Position numbers and translations under genes: made by a program. A DNA stretch of 63,662 nt, counting the filler. It is 5 parts of 5 records of this genome, joined end to end, with 100 filler letters (N's around TTAATTAATTAA, not from the genome) between each part and the next. Parts side by side here need not be neighbours in the genome. Positions count along the whole stretch, not along the records: positions 1 to 26,646 come from SRR20825006_2941; 4 more parts are not named here. One strand, 5' to 3'. This document shows positions 8,319-20,778 of this stretch, in pieces. Each line of letters starts with the position of its first letter. Position 1 is the first letter of the stretch. Under the pieces are notes generated by a model, which searched no databases, was not told the origin of the DNA, and was given only the letters and a program-made list of their open reading frames with translations.

Positions 8319-9032
8319 TTATCCTTGAATAATAAATAAGGTGGGTCTTTTATGAAGGTCCACCTTTATTTTTTTCCATAATTCTACCGTAGCAGTTTTT
8401 ATATATTCAGAAGGCAATGTTATATCGCAGGCAACACATATTCTGGTGTTTGCACTTAGATTTTCTGTAAGGCTTTGCAACATTTGATTGTTACGATATG
8501 GTGTTTCAATAAAAAGTTGTGATTGATCAATATCTTTTGAAATTTTCTCTAGCCGTTTAAGCTCTGCTTTGCGTTGCCCTTTATCGATTGGTAAATAGCC
8601 ATTAAAAGCAAAATTCTGCCCATTAAATCCACTCGCCATCATTGCAAGTAAAATAGACGATGGCCCAACCAAAGGAACTACTTTTATCCCTTTTTCATGA
8701 GCATAATGAACTGCTCTAGCACCAGGATCTGCAATACCAGGGCAACCGGCATCGCTTAGAACCCCAACATCAAAACCGTCCAAACATGGGTTTAGCATTG
8801 GCGCAATTTCTTCAGGATTTGTGAATTTATTTATTTCTTGAATCTGTAAGATAGATTGTTGCTTTTCAGGAACAATACTTTTTATAAAACGTCTTGCATT
8901 TTTTTCATGCTCCACAATATAATGATCAATGGTTTCTACTGCATTTTTTACATTTTGCGGAAGTACTGCCATTGGGTTTGTATCTCCCAATGTACAGGGA
9001 ATTAGGTATAAATTGCCTTTTTTAGTATTCAT
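8319..9032 (-). CDS. RsmI-like tetrapyrrole-methylase-family SAM methyltransferase
   Basis: LYLIP, SDAGCPGIADPG, GPSSI and FIETPYR motifs. Confidence 0.85.
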   Translation of the reverse strand: MNTKKGNLYLIPCTLGDTNPMAVLPQNVKNAVETIDHYIVEHEKNARRFIKSIVPEKQQSILQIQEINKFTNPEEIAPMLNPCLDGFDVGVLSDAGCPGIADPGARAVHYAHEKGIKVVPLVGPSSILLAMMASGFNGQNFAFNGYLPIDKGQRKAELKRLEKISKDIDQSQLFIETPYRNNQMLQSLTENLSANTRICVACDITLPSEYIKTATVELWKKIKVDLHKRPTLFIIQG

Positions 9033-9039
9033 CAAATAA

Positions 9040-9135
9040 TTATTGGATCATTAATTTTTTTACTGCAGAAAGTCCTTTTGCTGAAGTAATCTTCACAAAA
9101 TATATTCCTGAATTTAAGCTTGAAATTATTTTTAA
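9040..9135 (-). pseudogene. Orphan T9SS type-A C-terminal sorting-domain tail
   Basis: LKIISSLNSGIYFVKITSAKGLSAVKKLMIQ*. In-frame stop at 9136-9138 and no ATG/GTG/TTG start before the motif. Confidence 0.75.
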
Positions 9136-9189
9136 TTACAACTTTTTTAGATGAACAACTAAGTTAGTCAAAATGCCTGAATATCAATC

Positions 9190-9645
9190 TTAAAGTGATT
9201 TTATAATTTCGTCACAGGCTTCATCTAGCATTTTAAAAACATGGTCGAAACCTAAATCACCTCCAAAATATGGATCTGGAACATCCACATTTTCACCAGG
9301 AAAAATTTCATCAAGAATCAGTTTCACTTTTCCTTTTTGAGCATCATTTTCTGCAAGTGTAAGAACATCTTCTTTGTTGCTAGTGTCCATAACGTAAATT
9401 AAATCAAATTCCTCAAAATCTTTTTTGCTAAACTGTCTTCCACGTTGGTTTGTAATATTAATTCCGTGTTTTTTTGCGACTGCAATACTTCGTTTATCGG
9501 GTTGGTTTCCTATATGCCAATGTCCTGTTCCTGCAGAATCTACATATACTTCTGAAGTGTTTATTTTAGATTTTAGTATTCCTTCGGCTAAAGGAGAGCG
9601 ACAAATATTGCCAAGGCAGACCATTAAAATTTTGTGTTTTTTCAA
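9190..9645 (-). CDS. Low-molecular-weight protein tyrosine phosphatase
   Basis: VCLGNICRS P-loop and DPYF motif. Confidence 0.93.
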   Translation of the reverse strand: MKKHKILMVCLGNICRSPLAEGILKSKINTSEVYVDSAGTGHWHIGNQPDKRSIAVAKKHGINITNQRGRQFSKKDFEEFDLIYVMDTSNKEDVLTLAENDAQKGKVKLILDEIFPGENVDVPDPYFGGDLGFDHVFKMLDEACDEIIKSL

Positions 9646-9726
9646 AACAACGAGTTTAAGAAGTTTAAAAGTTTAGCAAAACCAAGAAGATATATTAACT
9701 GTAAACCCTTGCTGCAGAATACTATA

Positions 9727-11154
9727 TTAAAGCGTCAGTTTTTTATTAAGATCTTCTACATATTTGCGAAACTGTTTGTCGGTAGTTGACAGGTTATCAA
9801 CAGTTTTGCATGCGTGAAGCACCGTTGCATGATCACGTTGCCCAATTTGTGAGCCAATAGATGCAAGTGAAGCTTTTGTGAATTTTTTCGCAAAAAACAT
9901 AGCTAGCTGGCGCGCCTGAACAATGTGTCTTTTTCTAGTTTTTGATTGTAAGGTGTCTACATCCATTTGGAAGTAATCACTCACCACTTTTTGAATGTAA
10001 TCTATAGAAACTTCACGTTTGGTGTGTTTCACATAATTATCCACAATCTTGCGTGCAAGATCAATGGTAATTTCTTTTCTATTGAAAGAAGAATGAGCAA
10101 TCAATGATATAATAGCACCTTCCAGTTCGCGAATGTTTGTCTTGATATTATTCGCTAAAAACTCAACAATATCATCAGGCATTTCCACACCGTCGCGGTA
10201 TAGTTTGTTTTTAATTATAGCAACACGTGTGTCATAGTCTGGGTGGTTCAGTTCTGCTGAAAGTCCCCATTTAAAACGTGAAAGTAAGCGTTGCTCAATA
10301 TCAATCATATCTACCGGAGCTTTATCGCTGGTAAGGATAACCTGCTTGCCGTTTTGGTGTAAATGATTAAAAATATGGAAGAAAACATCTTGTGTTCCAG
10401 CTTTGCCAGAAAGTAGTTGAATATCATCAACAATAAGTACATCTATTATTTGATAAAAATGGATGAAATCGTTTCGATTGTTCTTTTTTACAGACTCGAT
10501 ATATTGTTGCGTGAATTTTTCAGCAGAAATATAAAGAACTGTTTTTTCTGGATATTTATCTTTTATATCAACCCCAATTGCGTGACCTAAATGTGTTTTT
10601 CCTAAACCAACACCACCAAAAATAAGTAGTGGGTTGAATGAAGTTCCTCCAGGTTTGTTGGCAACAGCTAAACCAGCCGACCGTGCTAAACGGTTAGATT
10701 CGCCTTCAAGAAAATTTTCAAAATTATAATTCGGGTTGAGTTGTGATTCAATTTTTACATTGCGAATACCAGGAATTACAAACGGATTTTTAAGCTCCGG
10801 ACTTTTATTTTTCAAAGGAACATCTACCTCTTGCGATTGTAGATTACTTCTATTTGAACTTGGTATTTTTTCTGTAAATGGTTGTTTGTTGCCGTAGGTG
10901 TTTTCCATCTTAATGATGTAAACTAATTTGGCGGTTGTGCCTAATTCTTTAGTAAGGGCAACTTTTAGAATTTTAACGTAATGCTCTTCAAGCCATTCGT
11001 AAAAGAATTTACTTGGCACCTGAATACTAAGCGCATTGTCAGTTAGCTTAACTGCCTTAATCGGCTCGAACCAAGTTTTGTACGCTTGCGAAGTTATATT
11101 ATCTTCGATGAAGGACAAACAATTGTTCCAAACTGTTTCTGCAGTTTTACCCAT
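9727..11154 (-). CDS. dnaA: Chromosomal replication initiator DnaA
   Basis: GGVGLGKTH Walker A, RLLSRF and RDHATVLHA (domain IV) motifs. Confidence 0.97.
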   Translation of the reverse strand: MGKTAETVWNNCLSFIEDNITSQAYKTWFEPIKAVKLTDNALSIQVPSKFFYEWLEEHYVKILKVALTKELGTTAKLVYIIKMENTYGNKQPFTEKIPSSNRSNLQSQEVDVPLKNKSPELKNPFVIPGIRNVKIESQLNPNYNFENFLEGESNRLARSAGLAVANKPGGTSFNPLLIFGGVGLGKTHLGHAIGVDIKDKYPEKTVLYISAEKFTQQYIESVKKNNRNDFIHFYQIIDVLIVDDIQLLSGKAGTQDVFFHIFNHLHQNGKQVILTSDKAPVDMIDIEQRLLSRFKWGLSAELNHPDYDTRVAIIKNKLYRDGVEMPDDIVEFLANNIKTNIRELEGAIISLIAHSSFNRKEITIDLARKIVDNYVKHTKREVSIDYIQKVVSDYFQMDVDTLQSKTRKRHIVQARQLAMFFAKKFTKASLASIGSQIGQRDHATVLHACKTVDNLSTTDKQFRKYVEDLNKKLTL

Positions 11155-11347
11155 AGTTAAATATTCTGTTTTTATAATTTAAAAAGTGTGGTTAAAAAAT
11201 ATGGGGATGGAGTGTTTCCGAGTTATTTCTTAACAGTGCAAATATGTGAACAAAAAAGTTATAAAAAAAACCACATTAGGGTTGAATTTTTAGTTTTTTT
11301 TCGCCATACTTCTCTTTCGATAAAACTACAAAAAAACTTTCTTTAAT

Positions 11348-11761
11348 TTGGAAAAAACTTTGAAGAATACTTATACAAATATTAGAGTGCGTTATGGTGA
11401 AACAGACCAAATGGGTATTGTTTACTACGGTAACTACGCACAATTCCTCGAACAAGGAAGGACAGAATGGTTGCGAGAACTTGGTTTTTCATATAAGTGG
11501 ATGGAGGCCAATAATGTGCATTTACCTGTGGTGCATTTTAGCATAGATTACAAGTTGCCAGCATATTACGATGATTTATTGACGATAAAGACAAGCTTAA
11601 AAAAATTACCGTCAGTGAAAATTGAATTTTATTATGAAATTTATAATGAAGCCAATCAGCTATTAATAACTGCAACTACAATTTTGGTTTTTGTGAACAG
11701 TTCAACTAAAAAATTAATGAAGGCGCCAGATTATTTACTTGAAAAATTAAAAGAAAAATAA
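11348..11761 (+). CDS. Acyl-CoA thioesterase, YbgC/4HBT family
   Basis: RVRYGETDQMGIVYYGNY motif. Confidence 0.88.
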   Translation: MEKTLKNTYTNIRVRYGETDQMGIVYYGNYAQFLEQGRTEWLRELGFSYKWMEANNVHLPVVHFSIDYKLPAYYDDLLTIKTSLKKLPSVKIEFYYEIYNEANQLLITATTILVFVNSSTKKLMKAPDYLLEKLKEK

Positions 11762-11764
11762 CTG

Positions 11765-12373
11765 CTATTCAGTGTTTTTTATTGAAACTTTATAGGTGTT
11801 TTCAAACAGTTCGAAGACTCGATTTGCTTCTTTTTTTCGTACAGAAATTTCGAACTCGCAAGCAAGCTCCATTTTTTGATTTACAACAGTAATATCTTCA
11901 TCTTTAATAATACGCATTACGGTATTCATTTCTGGATATTCAAATTTTATATGAAATGTTTCATCGATAGTTTTTTCTACAATCCTACAGGTTTCCAAGG
12001 CCAATTGTGCGCTGGTTTTGTATGCTTGGATTAAACCACCAACTCCTAATTTTGTGCCGCCAAAATAACGGACAACCACAACTAAAACATTGGTAACATC
12101 AAACGATTGAAGCTGTCCATAAATAGGCATTCCTGCGCTATTTGAAGGTTCGCCATCGTCATTTGCGCGGTAGTTTTCATAGCTTTTGCCCAATTGCCAC
12201 GCATAGCACCAATGACGAGCGCTATGATGTTGCTTTTTTAGGTTTTCAATATGTTCTTTTATTTCTTCTTCTGAAGCAACTGGAAACGCATATCCAAAAA
12301 ACTTACTTCCTTTTTCTTTAAAAAGAGTTTCTTCTGAAGGTTTTAAAATAGTTTTATACGTATCTTTTTCCAT
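11765..12373 (-). CDS. yigZ: YigZ/IMPACT family protein
   Basis: KGSKF, DDGEPSNSAG and RYFGGTKLGVGGL motifs. Confidence 0.9.
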   Translation of the reverse strand: MEKDTYKTILKPSEETLFKEKGSKFFGYAFPVASEEEIKEHIENLKKQHHSARHWCYAWQLGKSYENYRANDDGEPSNSAGMPIYGQLQSFDVTNVLVVVVRYFGGTKLGVGGLIQAYKTSAQLALETCRIVEKTIDETFHIKFEYPEMNTVMRIIKDEDITVVNQKMELACEFEISVRKKEANRVFELFENTYKVSIKNTE

Positions 12374-13245
12374 CACCATTTTTCCAAAGCTATTAGTAAA
12401 ATACCGAATACAGCCAATGCAATTCCAATCCAGTTTTTAGTTAGAATTTTTTCTTTGAAAAGTAAAATACCTAAAATTGTTGAAAGCATTACAATAGCAA
12501 CATTATTTAATGTGAAGATGCCAGAGCTCTCTAAAATATCACTGCGCAATGCTTGAACTAAAAAATATACCGAAAAATAATTCGGAATTCCTAAAGCAAT
12601 TCCGCCCAAAATATTTTTAAACTGAAACGTGAATTTCCCTTTAATTGCTTGTGCGCAAAGTATAAAAACTCCTAAAGTAGCGGCTGTTGCGAAAATAGTA
12701 GCTGAAAAAATTGGAGTATCGTTTTTAGCCACATATTCACCTTCTAAATATTTAATAGTGGTGTCGATAATTCCACTTCCTAAAAATACCAACACCGGAA
12801 ATATAAAGTTTGAGGCTTTTATTTTTAACCCGTCTTTTGTTTTAATGGAAGCAAGATAAACTGCTGTTAATGCTAATAAAATCCCAAAAAACTTTAAAAT
12901 CCCCAAACTTTCCTTGTAATATACCAATCCAAAAACAATTGGAATTACCACACTCATTTTTGTTGCTACAGAAACCACTGAAAGTCCGCTGCGCTGTGTT
13001 GTTAATGCCATTAAAATGAAAACAAGTATAAACATGGCTCCAAGTGCCAATGCAAACGGAAACCAGCTATATTGTGGGATTGCTGAGAAGTTTATTTCAC
13101 TGTTTTGAAGGCTAAAGCCACAAAAACTAGCTACCATATAATTTACTACAATAGCGTGTAGCGTATTAATTTTAAACTTTGAGTATAGTTTAAAAACCAC
13201 AAAAATTAATGTGGAAGAAAGAATGCTGAGCGAAAGAGCTATCAA
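12373..13245 (-). CDS. EamA/DMT family transporter
   Basis: About 10 TM segments in two repeats. Confidence 0.8.
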   Translation of the reverse strand: MIALSLSILSSTLIFVVFKLYSKFKINTLHAIVVNYMVASFCGFSLQNSEINFSAIPQYSWFPFALALGAMFILVFILMALTTQRSGLSVVSVATKMSVVIPIVFGLVYYKESLGILKFFGILLALTAVYLASIKTKDGLKIKASNFIFPVLVFLGSGIIDTTIKYLEGEYVAKNDTPIFSATIFATAATLGVFILCAQAIKGKFTFQFKNILGGIALGIPNYFSVYFLVQALRSDILESSGIFTLNNVAIVMLSTILGILLFKEKILTKNWIGIALAVFGILLIALEKW

Positions 13246-14288
13246 AATTGTTGGTTTTTAAATAGTTGTAAAATGTCTTCTTTTATTTTCTTTTCAGAAA
13301 CTAAAAATTTCTGGAGTATGGGAGCTTTTATGCCTTCTCCAAATTTTTGTTTTCCTATAAAAACATAGGCTTCATCCCAAAGATTTGCGTCTATAAAAGT
13401 TTGTAGTGTTTTAGCGCCCCCTTCAACAATTAATGATTGAATTTCTTGTTCGTGCAAGAGCTTTGAAATCTGTAATGCCAAGTCTTTTGAAAAATCAATT
13501 TTTAGGTGTTGAATCTTGTTTGATTTAGCTTCATTTTCGGTTAAAATAAAAGTTTTTACACTTCCGTCAAACACAACAAAATCATCTGGGGTTTTTAAGC
13601 TTTTATCAATAATAAAACGTGTTGGGTTTTCGCCAATCCATTCCCGTGCGGTTAACGACGGATTATCTTGCAAAACCGTATTTGTTCCAACAAGTATTGC
13701 TTGCTCTTCACAACGCATCTTATGTACAAGTTGGCGTGAGTATTTATTAGTAATCCAAACAGGTTTAGTTTCTTTTCGAGTGTTGTTTTTAGGAGCTATA
13801 AACCCATCAATAGTTTGTGCCCATTTCAAAAATATATAGGGTCTTTTCTTGCTGTGAAATGTAAAAAATCGCTTATTTAATGCATCGCATTCGTTTTCCA
13901 AAACCCCAATTATCACTTCACAACCAGCTTCAAGTAGCTTTTTTACACCGCGGCCTGCTACTTTTGGATTTGGGTCTGTGCTGCCAATTACTACTTTTCT
14001 TATTCCGCTTTCAATAATTAAATTGGCACAGGGCGGTGTTTTTCCAAAATGACTACAAGGCTCTAAACTTACATAAATAGTAGCGTCTTTTAGGAGCGAT
14101 GTATCTGAAACACTCACAACTGCATTTACTTCGGCATGTGGTAACCCAGCTTTATAATGCCAACCTTCGCCAATAATTTTATTATTATGAACAATAACAC
14201 TACCTACCAATGGATTTGGGCAGGTAGTACCCAATCCGTTTTTGGCTAGTTGAATGCAACGCAACATATATTTTTCGTGTATCTTCAC
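13242..14288 (-). CDS. ribD: Riboflavin biosynthesis deaminase/reductase RibD
   Basis: PNPLVG, HAE, LEPCSHFGKTPPC and VEGG motifs. GTG start at 14288 preferred because the longer ORF overlaps the divergent gene. Confidence 0.93.
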   Translation of the reverse strand: MKIHEKYMLRCIQLAKNGLGTTCPNPLVGSVIVHNNKIIGEGWHYKAGLPHAEVNAVVSVSDTSLLKDATIYVSLEPCSHFGKTPPCANLIIESGIRKVVIGSTDPNPKVAGRGVKKLLEAGCEVIIGVLENECDALNKRFFTFHSKKRPYIFLKWAQTIDGFIAPKNNTRKETKPVWITNKYSRQLVHKMRCEEQAILVGTNTVLQDNPSLTAREWIGENPTRFIIDKSLKTPDDFVVFDGSVKTFILTENEAKSNKIQHLKIDFSKDLALQISKLLHEQEIQSLIVEGGAKTLQTFIDANLWDEAYVFIGKQKFGEGIKAPILQKFLVSEKKIKEDILQLFKNQQF

Positions 14289-14315
14289 AGCGTAAAAATA
14301 CAAGGATTTAATTAG

Positions 14316-14801
14316 ATGAACACCCCAATAATTCGTCTTATTGAAAAGAAAGACAACCCCCAAATAGCCAAAGTGATACGAAGCGTTTTGGAAGATTTCA
14401 ATGTTCCTAAAGTTGGCACCGCATATGCAGATGCTGCCTTAGATTGTATGTTTGAAACCTACAATAAGCCTTTTTCAGCCTATTTTGTAGTTGAAGAAAA
14501 TAACAAAATTATCGGCGGTGCTGGTGTTGCAAAACTCGATAATTATGAAGGAAATGTATGTGAGCTTCAAAAAATGTATTTTCTTACTGAAGCCCGTGGC
14601 AAAGGGATTGGCGCGCAAATGATGGAGCATTGTTTAGCCAAAGCGCGCGAATTTGGTTTCGAAAAAATCTATTTAGAAACCATGGAATATATGACGCACG
14701 CACAAAAACTATACAAACAGTCGGGTTTTGAATATATTGAATGCGCCCTAGGCGACACCGGTCATTATTCCTGCCCAGTCCACATGTTGAAAACCTTATA
14801 A
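14316..14801 (+). CDS. GNAT acetyltransferase
   Basis: ELQKMYF, ARGKGIG and LYKQSGF motifs. Confidence 0.85.
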   Translation: MNTPIIRLIEKKDNPQIAKVIRSVLEDFNVPKVGTAYADAALDCMFETYNKPFSAYFVVEENNKIIGGAGVAKLDNYEGNVCELQKMYFLTEARGKGIGAQMMEHCLAKAREFGFEKIYLETMEYMTHAQKLYKQSGFEYIECALGDTGHYSCPVHMLKTL

Positions 14802-14803
14802 TT

Positions 14804-15673
14804 TTGATTTTAAAAGAATTAAGACAGTATTTTACAAATTCGTTATCGGATTTATACCCTTCGGAAGAAATTCAATCTTTCTTTACGATACTTTCTGAAA
14901 AGCACCTTCAACTTTCCCGAATAGAAATAGCCTTGAATCCTGATAAAGAAGTTTCAACGGAAACTAAAGCGATATTTCAAAAAGCATTACTTCAACTAAA
15001 AAATAATGAACCCATTCAATATATAATAGGTGAAACAGAATTTTATGGTTTGCCTTTTAACGTAAATAAACACACTCTAATTCCGCGACCAGAAACGGAA
15101 GAATTGGTTGAATGGATTCTTAGTGAAGAAAAAAAAAATCAAACTAAAGAAACGAAACTTAACATACTGGATATTGGTACTGGCAGTGGTTGCATCGCTA
15201 TTTCACTTGCAAAAAACCTTCCAATTTCAATTGTTTCAGCTATAGATATTTCTGAAGAAGCGTTAAAAGTTGCGCGTCAAAATGCTAAAAACAATCAAGT
15301 TGAGGTGAATTTCTTTCAAACAGATATTTTGAAAACTGCGCAACTACCTGAAAAATACGACCTAATTGTGTCCAATCCTCCATACGTACGCGAATTGGAA
15401 AAAAAGATGATGCAGCAAAATGTTTTAAAACACGAGCCTGATTCAGCATTGTTTGTGTCTGATACAGACCCGTTGCTGTTTTATCGTGTAATTTCTCAAT
15501 TAGCAAAAAAGCATTTGAAACCTGAAGGAAATCTGTTTTTCGAGATTAATGAGTACCTTAGTGAAGAACTAAAAGCATTTCTAAAAAAAGAAGGTTTTCA
15601 GAATGTTGAAGTAAAAAAAGACATTTTCGGAAAAAATAGAATGATCAAATGCAACTTAAATGAACGACCTTAA
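14804..15673 (+). CDS. prmC: Release factor glutamine methyltransferase
   Basis: EPIQYI, LIPRPETEE, DIGTGSGCI and SNPPY motifs. TTG start at 14804 inferred. Confidence 0.93.
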   Translation: MILKELRQYFTNSLSDLYPSEEIQSFFTILSEKHLQLSRIEIALNPDKEVSTETKAIFQKALLQLKNNEPIQYIIGETEFYGLPFNVNKHTLIPRPETEELVEWILSEEKKNQTKETKLNILDIGTGSGCIAISLAKNLPISIVSAIDISEEALKVARQNAKNNQVEVNFFQTDILKTAQLPEKYDLIVSNPPYVRELEKKMMQQNVLKHEPDSALFVSDTDPLLFYRVISQLAKKHLKPEGNLFFEINEYLSEELKAFLKKEGFQNVEVKKDIFGKNRMIKCNLNERP

Positions 15674-16250
15674 TAAAATATGTGTTTTCTGTGGAAGTAG
15701 TGATGGTAATGATCTTGCAATTACAGATGCCGCAAAAAAGCTAGGAGAAATCTTCGCAGAACGGAATATAACCTTGGTGTATGGTGCCGCCAAAATTGGA
15801 GTAATGGGAACTATAGCCAAAAGCGTTTTGGACAATAAAGGAAAAGTAATTGGTATTATCCCAAATTTTCTTAAGAAAAAGGAAGTTGTACATCTTGGTC
15901 TTACTCAGCTTATTACCACACAAAACATGCATGAGCGTAAAATGAAGATGCAGGAGGAAAGTGATGGTTTTATAACTCTTCCTGGCGGAATGGGAACTTT
16001 CGAAGAACTGTTTGAAATTTGTACCTGGCTACAATTAGGACTACATCAAAAACCAATTGGGTTATTAAATGTAAATGGATTTTATAATGATCTAATTAAT
16101 ATGCTTGAAACGATGGTACGTAAAGGTTTTCTTTCAATGGAAAATTACAGCCTTCTTTTGGTAGACTCAAACCCAACCATTCTTTTAAAAAAAATGGAAG
16201 AATTTAAGAGACCCAACCTACCAAAGTGGCTAGATTCTGACAAAACTTAA
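15660..16250 (+). CDS. LOG family nucleotide phosphoribohydrolase
   Basis: CVFCGS, MHERK and PGGMGTFEE motifs. Confidence 0.9.
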   Translation: MNDLNKICVFCGSSDGNDLAITDAAKKLGEIFAERNITLVYGAAKIGVMGTIAKSVLDNKGKVIGIIPNFLKKKEVVHLGLTQLITTQNMHERKMKMQEESDGFITLPGGMGTFEELFEICTWLQLGLHQKPIGLLNVNGFYNDLINMLETMVRKGFLSMENYSLLLVDSNPTILLKKMEEFKRPNLPKWLDSDKT

Positions 16251-16349
16251 TGAATTATTAACATTTTAGCCTTCGTTTTTAACAAATTGATTTTTTAAGC
16301 ATTCCGTTTTCATAACTTTAAAATGTCTAACCCTTTAAACATTTTGAAT

Positions 16350-17054
16350 ATGAATTCTTCAAAAAAGTATTTTGCTGAAGCTCTCGGCACTTTTGCACTT
16401 GTTTTATTTGGCTGTGGTGCAGCTACCATTGCGAGTGTAACCGAGTCTGGTCCTGTAGGTATTGGTATCTTAGGAATTGCCTTAGCCTTTGGTTTTGCCG
16501 TAGTAGTAATGGCTTACACTATTGGTCCTATTTCTGGATGCCACATTAATCCAGCAATTTCAATCGCTATGCTTGCTGCAGGAAAGCTTTCTGCTAAAGA
16601 CACAGTAGGTTATGTAATCTCACAATGTATTGGTGCAATTGTAGCGGCAGCGCTCCTGTATATGCTTGCCACCGGAAGTGCTGGTTTTTCAATGCCCGAA
16701 TGGGGTTTAGGATCCAATGGTTGGGGCGCTGGCTACGGGGGTGAATATAATATGACCTCCGCACTTATCGCTGAATTTGTATTTACATTTCTGTTTTTGA
16801 TGGTGATTTTTGGAACTACTTCCTCAAAAAATACATCTCCAATGATGGCAGGACTTGCAATAGGTGTTTCCTTAGTATTAATCCATATGGTTGCAATTCC
16901 AATTACAGGAACCTCTGTTAACCCAGCACGTAGTTTAGGTCCAGCACTTTTTTCTGGTGGTATGGCTTTACAGCAACTTTGGCTTTTTATTGTAGCGCCA
17001 ATTGCAGGCGGACTCTGCGCAGCATTGGTTCGTAATATCTTCGTTGAAGATTGA
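16350..17054 (+). CDS. aqpZ: Aquaporin Z
   Basis: SGCHINPA and SVNPARS (two NPA motifs). Start at 16323 or 16350. Confidence 0.9.
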   Translation: MNSSKKYFAEALGTFALVLFGCGAATIASVTESGPVGIGILGIALAFGFAVVVMAYTIGPISGCHINPAISIAMLAAGKLSAKDTVGYVISQCIGAIVAAALLYMLATGSAGFSMPEWGLGSNGWGAGYGGEYNMTSALIAEFVFTFLFLMVIFGTTSSKNTSPMMAGLAIGVSLVLIHMVAIPITGTSVNPARSLGPALFSGGMALQQLWLFIVAPIAGGLCAALVRNIFVED

Positions 17055-17082
17055 TTTAAATACCTTAAAAAGTAATTTTTTG

Positions 17083-17126
17083 CCACGAAAGCACGAATAT
17101 CATTTTATATATTCGTGTTTTTGTGG
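17083..17126 (+). repeat. Intergenic 18-bp-stem hairpin (REP-like)
   Basis: CCACGAAAGCACGAATAT-N8-ATATTCGTGTTTTTGTGG. Both mismatches become G.U pairs on the + strand. Confidence 0.65.
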
Positions 17127-17139
17127 TTCTTTTTTTTGA

Positions 17140-19176
<2,037 letters not shown>

Positions 19177-19232
19177 TTAAAGAAAAATAAAAGCCAAAAA
19201 AACTATTTTTACAACCTAAGAGAGGCGCTAAG

Positions 19233-19748
19233 ATGTTACGAAAAGTAAAACAATATTCTTTAAAAAAAACTACTGAAAAAAATCTGTTAGCGCGTGATAT
19301 TTCTGCAAGAAATGCTTCATTAACAACCTTAGGGTTTTTAATTGACGAAACTTTTTTTGATGATTTTGAAATGTTTTATGAATTTGGCAACGAACTTGGA
19401 CTGCACGCAAAAGATGTGAAGTTATTCACTTTTGTGAAAACAAAAAAAAAGATACCAAGCTTACGGCATAATCAAATTACGAATAAGGAGTTTAATTGGC
19501 GAGGAGAAATTATTAACCAAAACGCGCAGGATTTTCTTGAACTTCCTTTTGATGTTTTAATAGGGTTTTACAAAGGTCGCCAAGAATATATGGCGGCTAT
19601 GGTTTCTAGAAGCAGGGCTAAATTTAAAATTGGATTTAATGGTGCTGATGAACGTCTTTTCGATCTTTTGCTGGCCTCAGATATGCAAAAACCAGAATTT
19701 TTTAAAAGTGAAGTAAAAAAATATTTAAAAGCTTTTAATAAAATTTGA
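19233..19748 (+). CDS. Conserved Bacteroidetes hypothetical protein
   Basis: Clean ORF between ligA and dapA; FDVLI...SRAKFKIGF motif. Confidence 0.7.
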   Translation: MLRKVKQYSLKKTTEKNLLARDISARNASLTTLGFLIDETFFDDFEMFYEFGNELGLHAKDVKLFTFVKTKKKIPSLRHNQITNKEFNWRGEIINQNAQDFLELPFDVLIGFYKGRQEYMAAMVSRSRAKFKIGFNGADERLFDLLLASDMQKPEFFKSEVKKYLKAFNKI

Positions 19749-19780
19749 CACAATAAATTAATAAAATCGATACTAAAAAA

Positions 19781-20656
19781 ATGAAAGAACTGATAGGGAC
19801 AGGTGTAGCTTTAATCACTCCTTTTAAAAATGATTTTTCCGTAGATGTGGAAGGGTTAAAAAAAGTTGTGAATTATAATATTGAAAATGGAATTGATTAC
19901 TTGGTTGTTTTAGGCACAACTGCGGAGAGCGCGACACTCACTAAAGTAGAAAAGCAGCTTGTAATAGACACAATTATTTCAGCAAATGATGGGCGTTTGC
20001 CATTGGTTTTGGGTATTGGAAGCAACAACACACAAGAGGTTATTGATGAAATGAATACACGTGATCTTTCAGCATTTACAGCAATTCTTTCAGTTTCTCC
20101 ATTTTACAATAAACCTACGCAAGAAGGTGTTTATCAGCATTTTGCTGCAATTGCAAAAGTGGCTCCTTTGCCAATAATCCTTTATAATGTGCCGGGCAGA
20201 ACTGCTTCAAATATGCTTCCTGAAACTGTGATTAGGCTGGCAAACGATTTTGAGAAAATCGTAGCTATAAAAGAAGCTGCAGGCGATATTGTACAAGCTA
20301 TGAAATTAATAGCTGGATGTCCAAAAGATTTCTTAGTAATTTCTGGCGACGATATGATAACATTGCCAATGGTTCTTGCTGGTGGAGCTGGGGTAATTTC
20401 TGTAATTGGTGAAGGTTTTCCAAAAGAATTTTCAAAAATGGTAAAATTAGGCTTAGACAGGAAAGTGAACGAAGCGTATCAAATCCATTATAAAATTGCG
20501 CCTGCAATCGATTATATTTTTGCCGAAGGAAATCCGGCAGGAATAAAAGCTGTTTTTAAGGCTTTGAGTATTTGTGATGATACTGTAAGGCTTCCGTTAG
20601 TGGGAGTTAGCGATGGTTTGAGAGCTAAAATAGATTCATTTGTAAAAGAATTTTAA
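19781..20656 (+). CDS. dapA: 4-hydroxy-tetrahydrodipicolinate synthase
   Basis: [18 protein letters not shown] and SGDD motifs. Confidence 0.95.
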   Translation: MKELIGTGVALITPFKNDFSVDVEGLKKVVNYNIENGIDYLVVLGTTAESATLTKVEKQLVIDTIISANDGRLPLVLGIGSNNTQEVIDEMNTRDLSAFTAILSVSPFYNKPTQEGVYQHFAAIAKVAPLPIILYNVPGRTASNMLPETVIRLANDFEKIVAIKEAAGDIVQAMKLIAGCPKDFLVISGDDMITLPMVLAGGAGVISVIGEGFPKEFSKMVKLGLDRKVNEAYQIHYKIAPAIDYIFAEGNPAGIKAVFKALSICDDTVRLPLVGVSDGLRAKIDSFVKEF

Positions 20657-20778
20657 AACCATTTCAATTTCTTAGAAAGTTAAATATTTCAAAAGGCTTG
20701 CAAATAATGGTCTTGAGCGCAATATTTTAGCTGAATAATAAGTTTGTTCAATCATGTTTAATTTCCTATTTTTGCACG

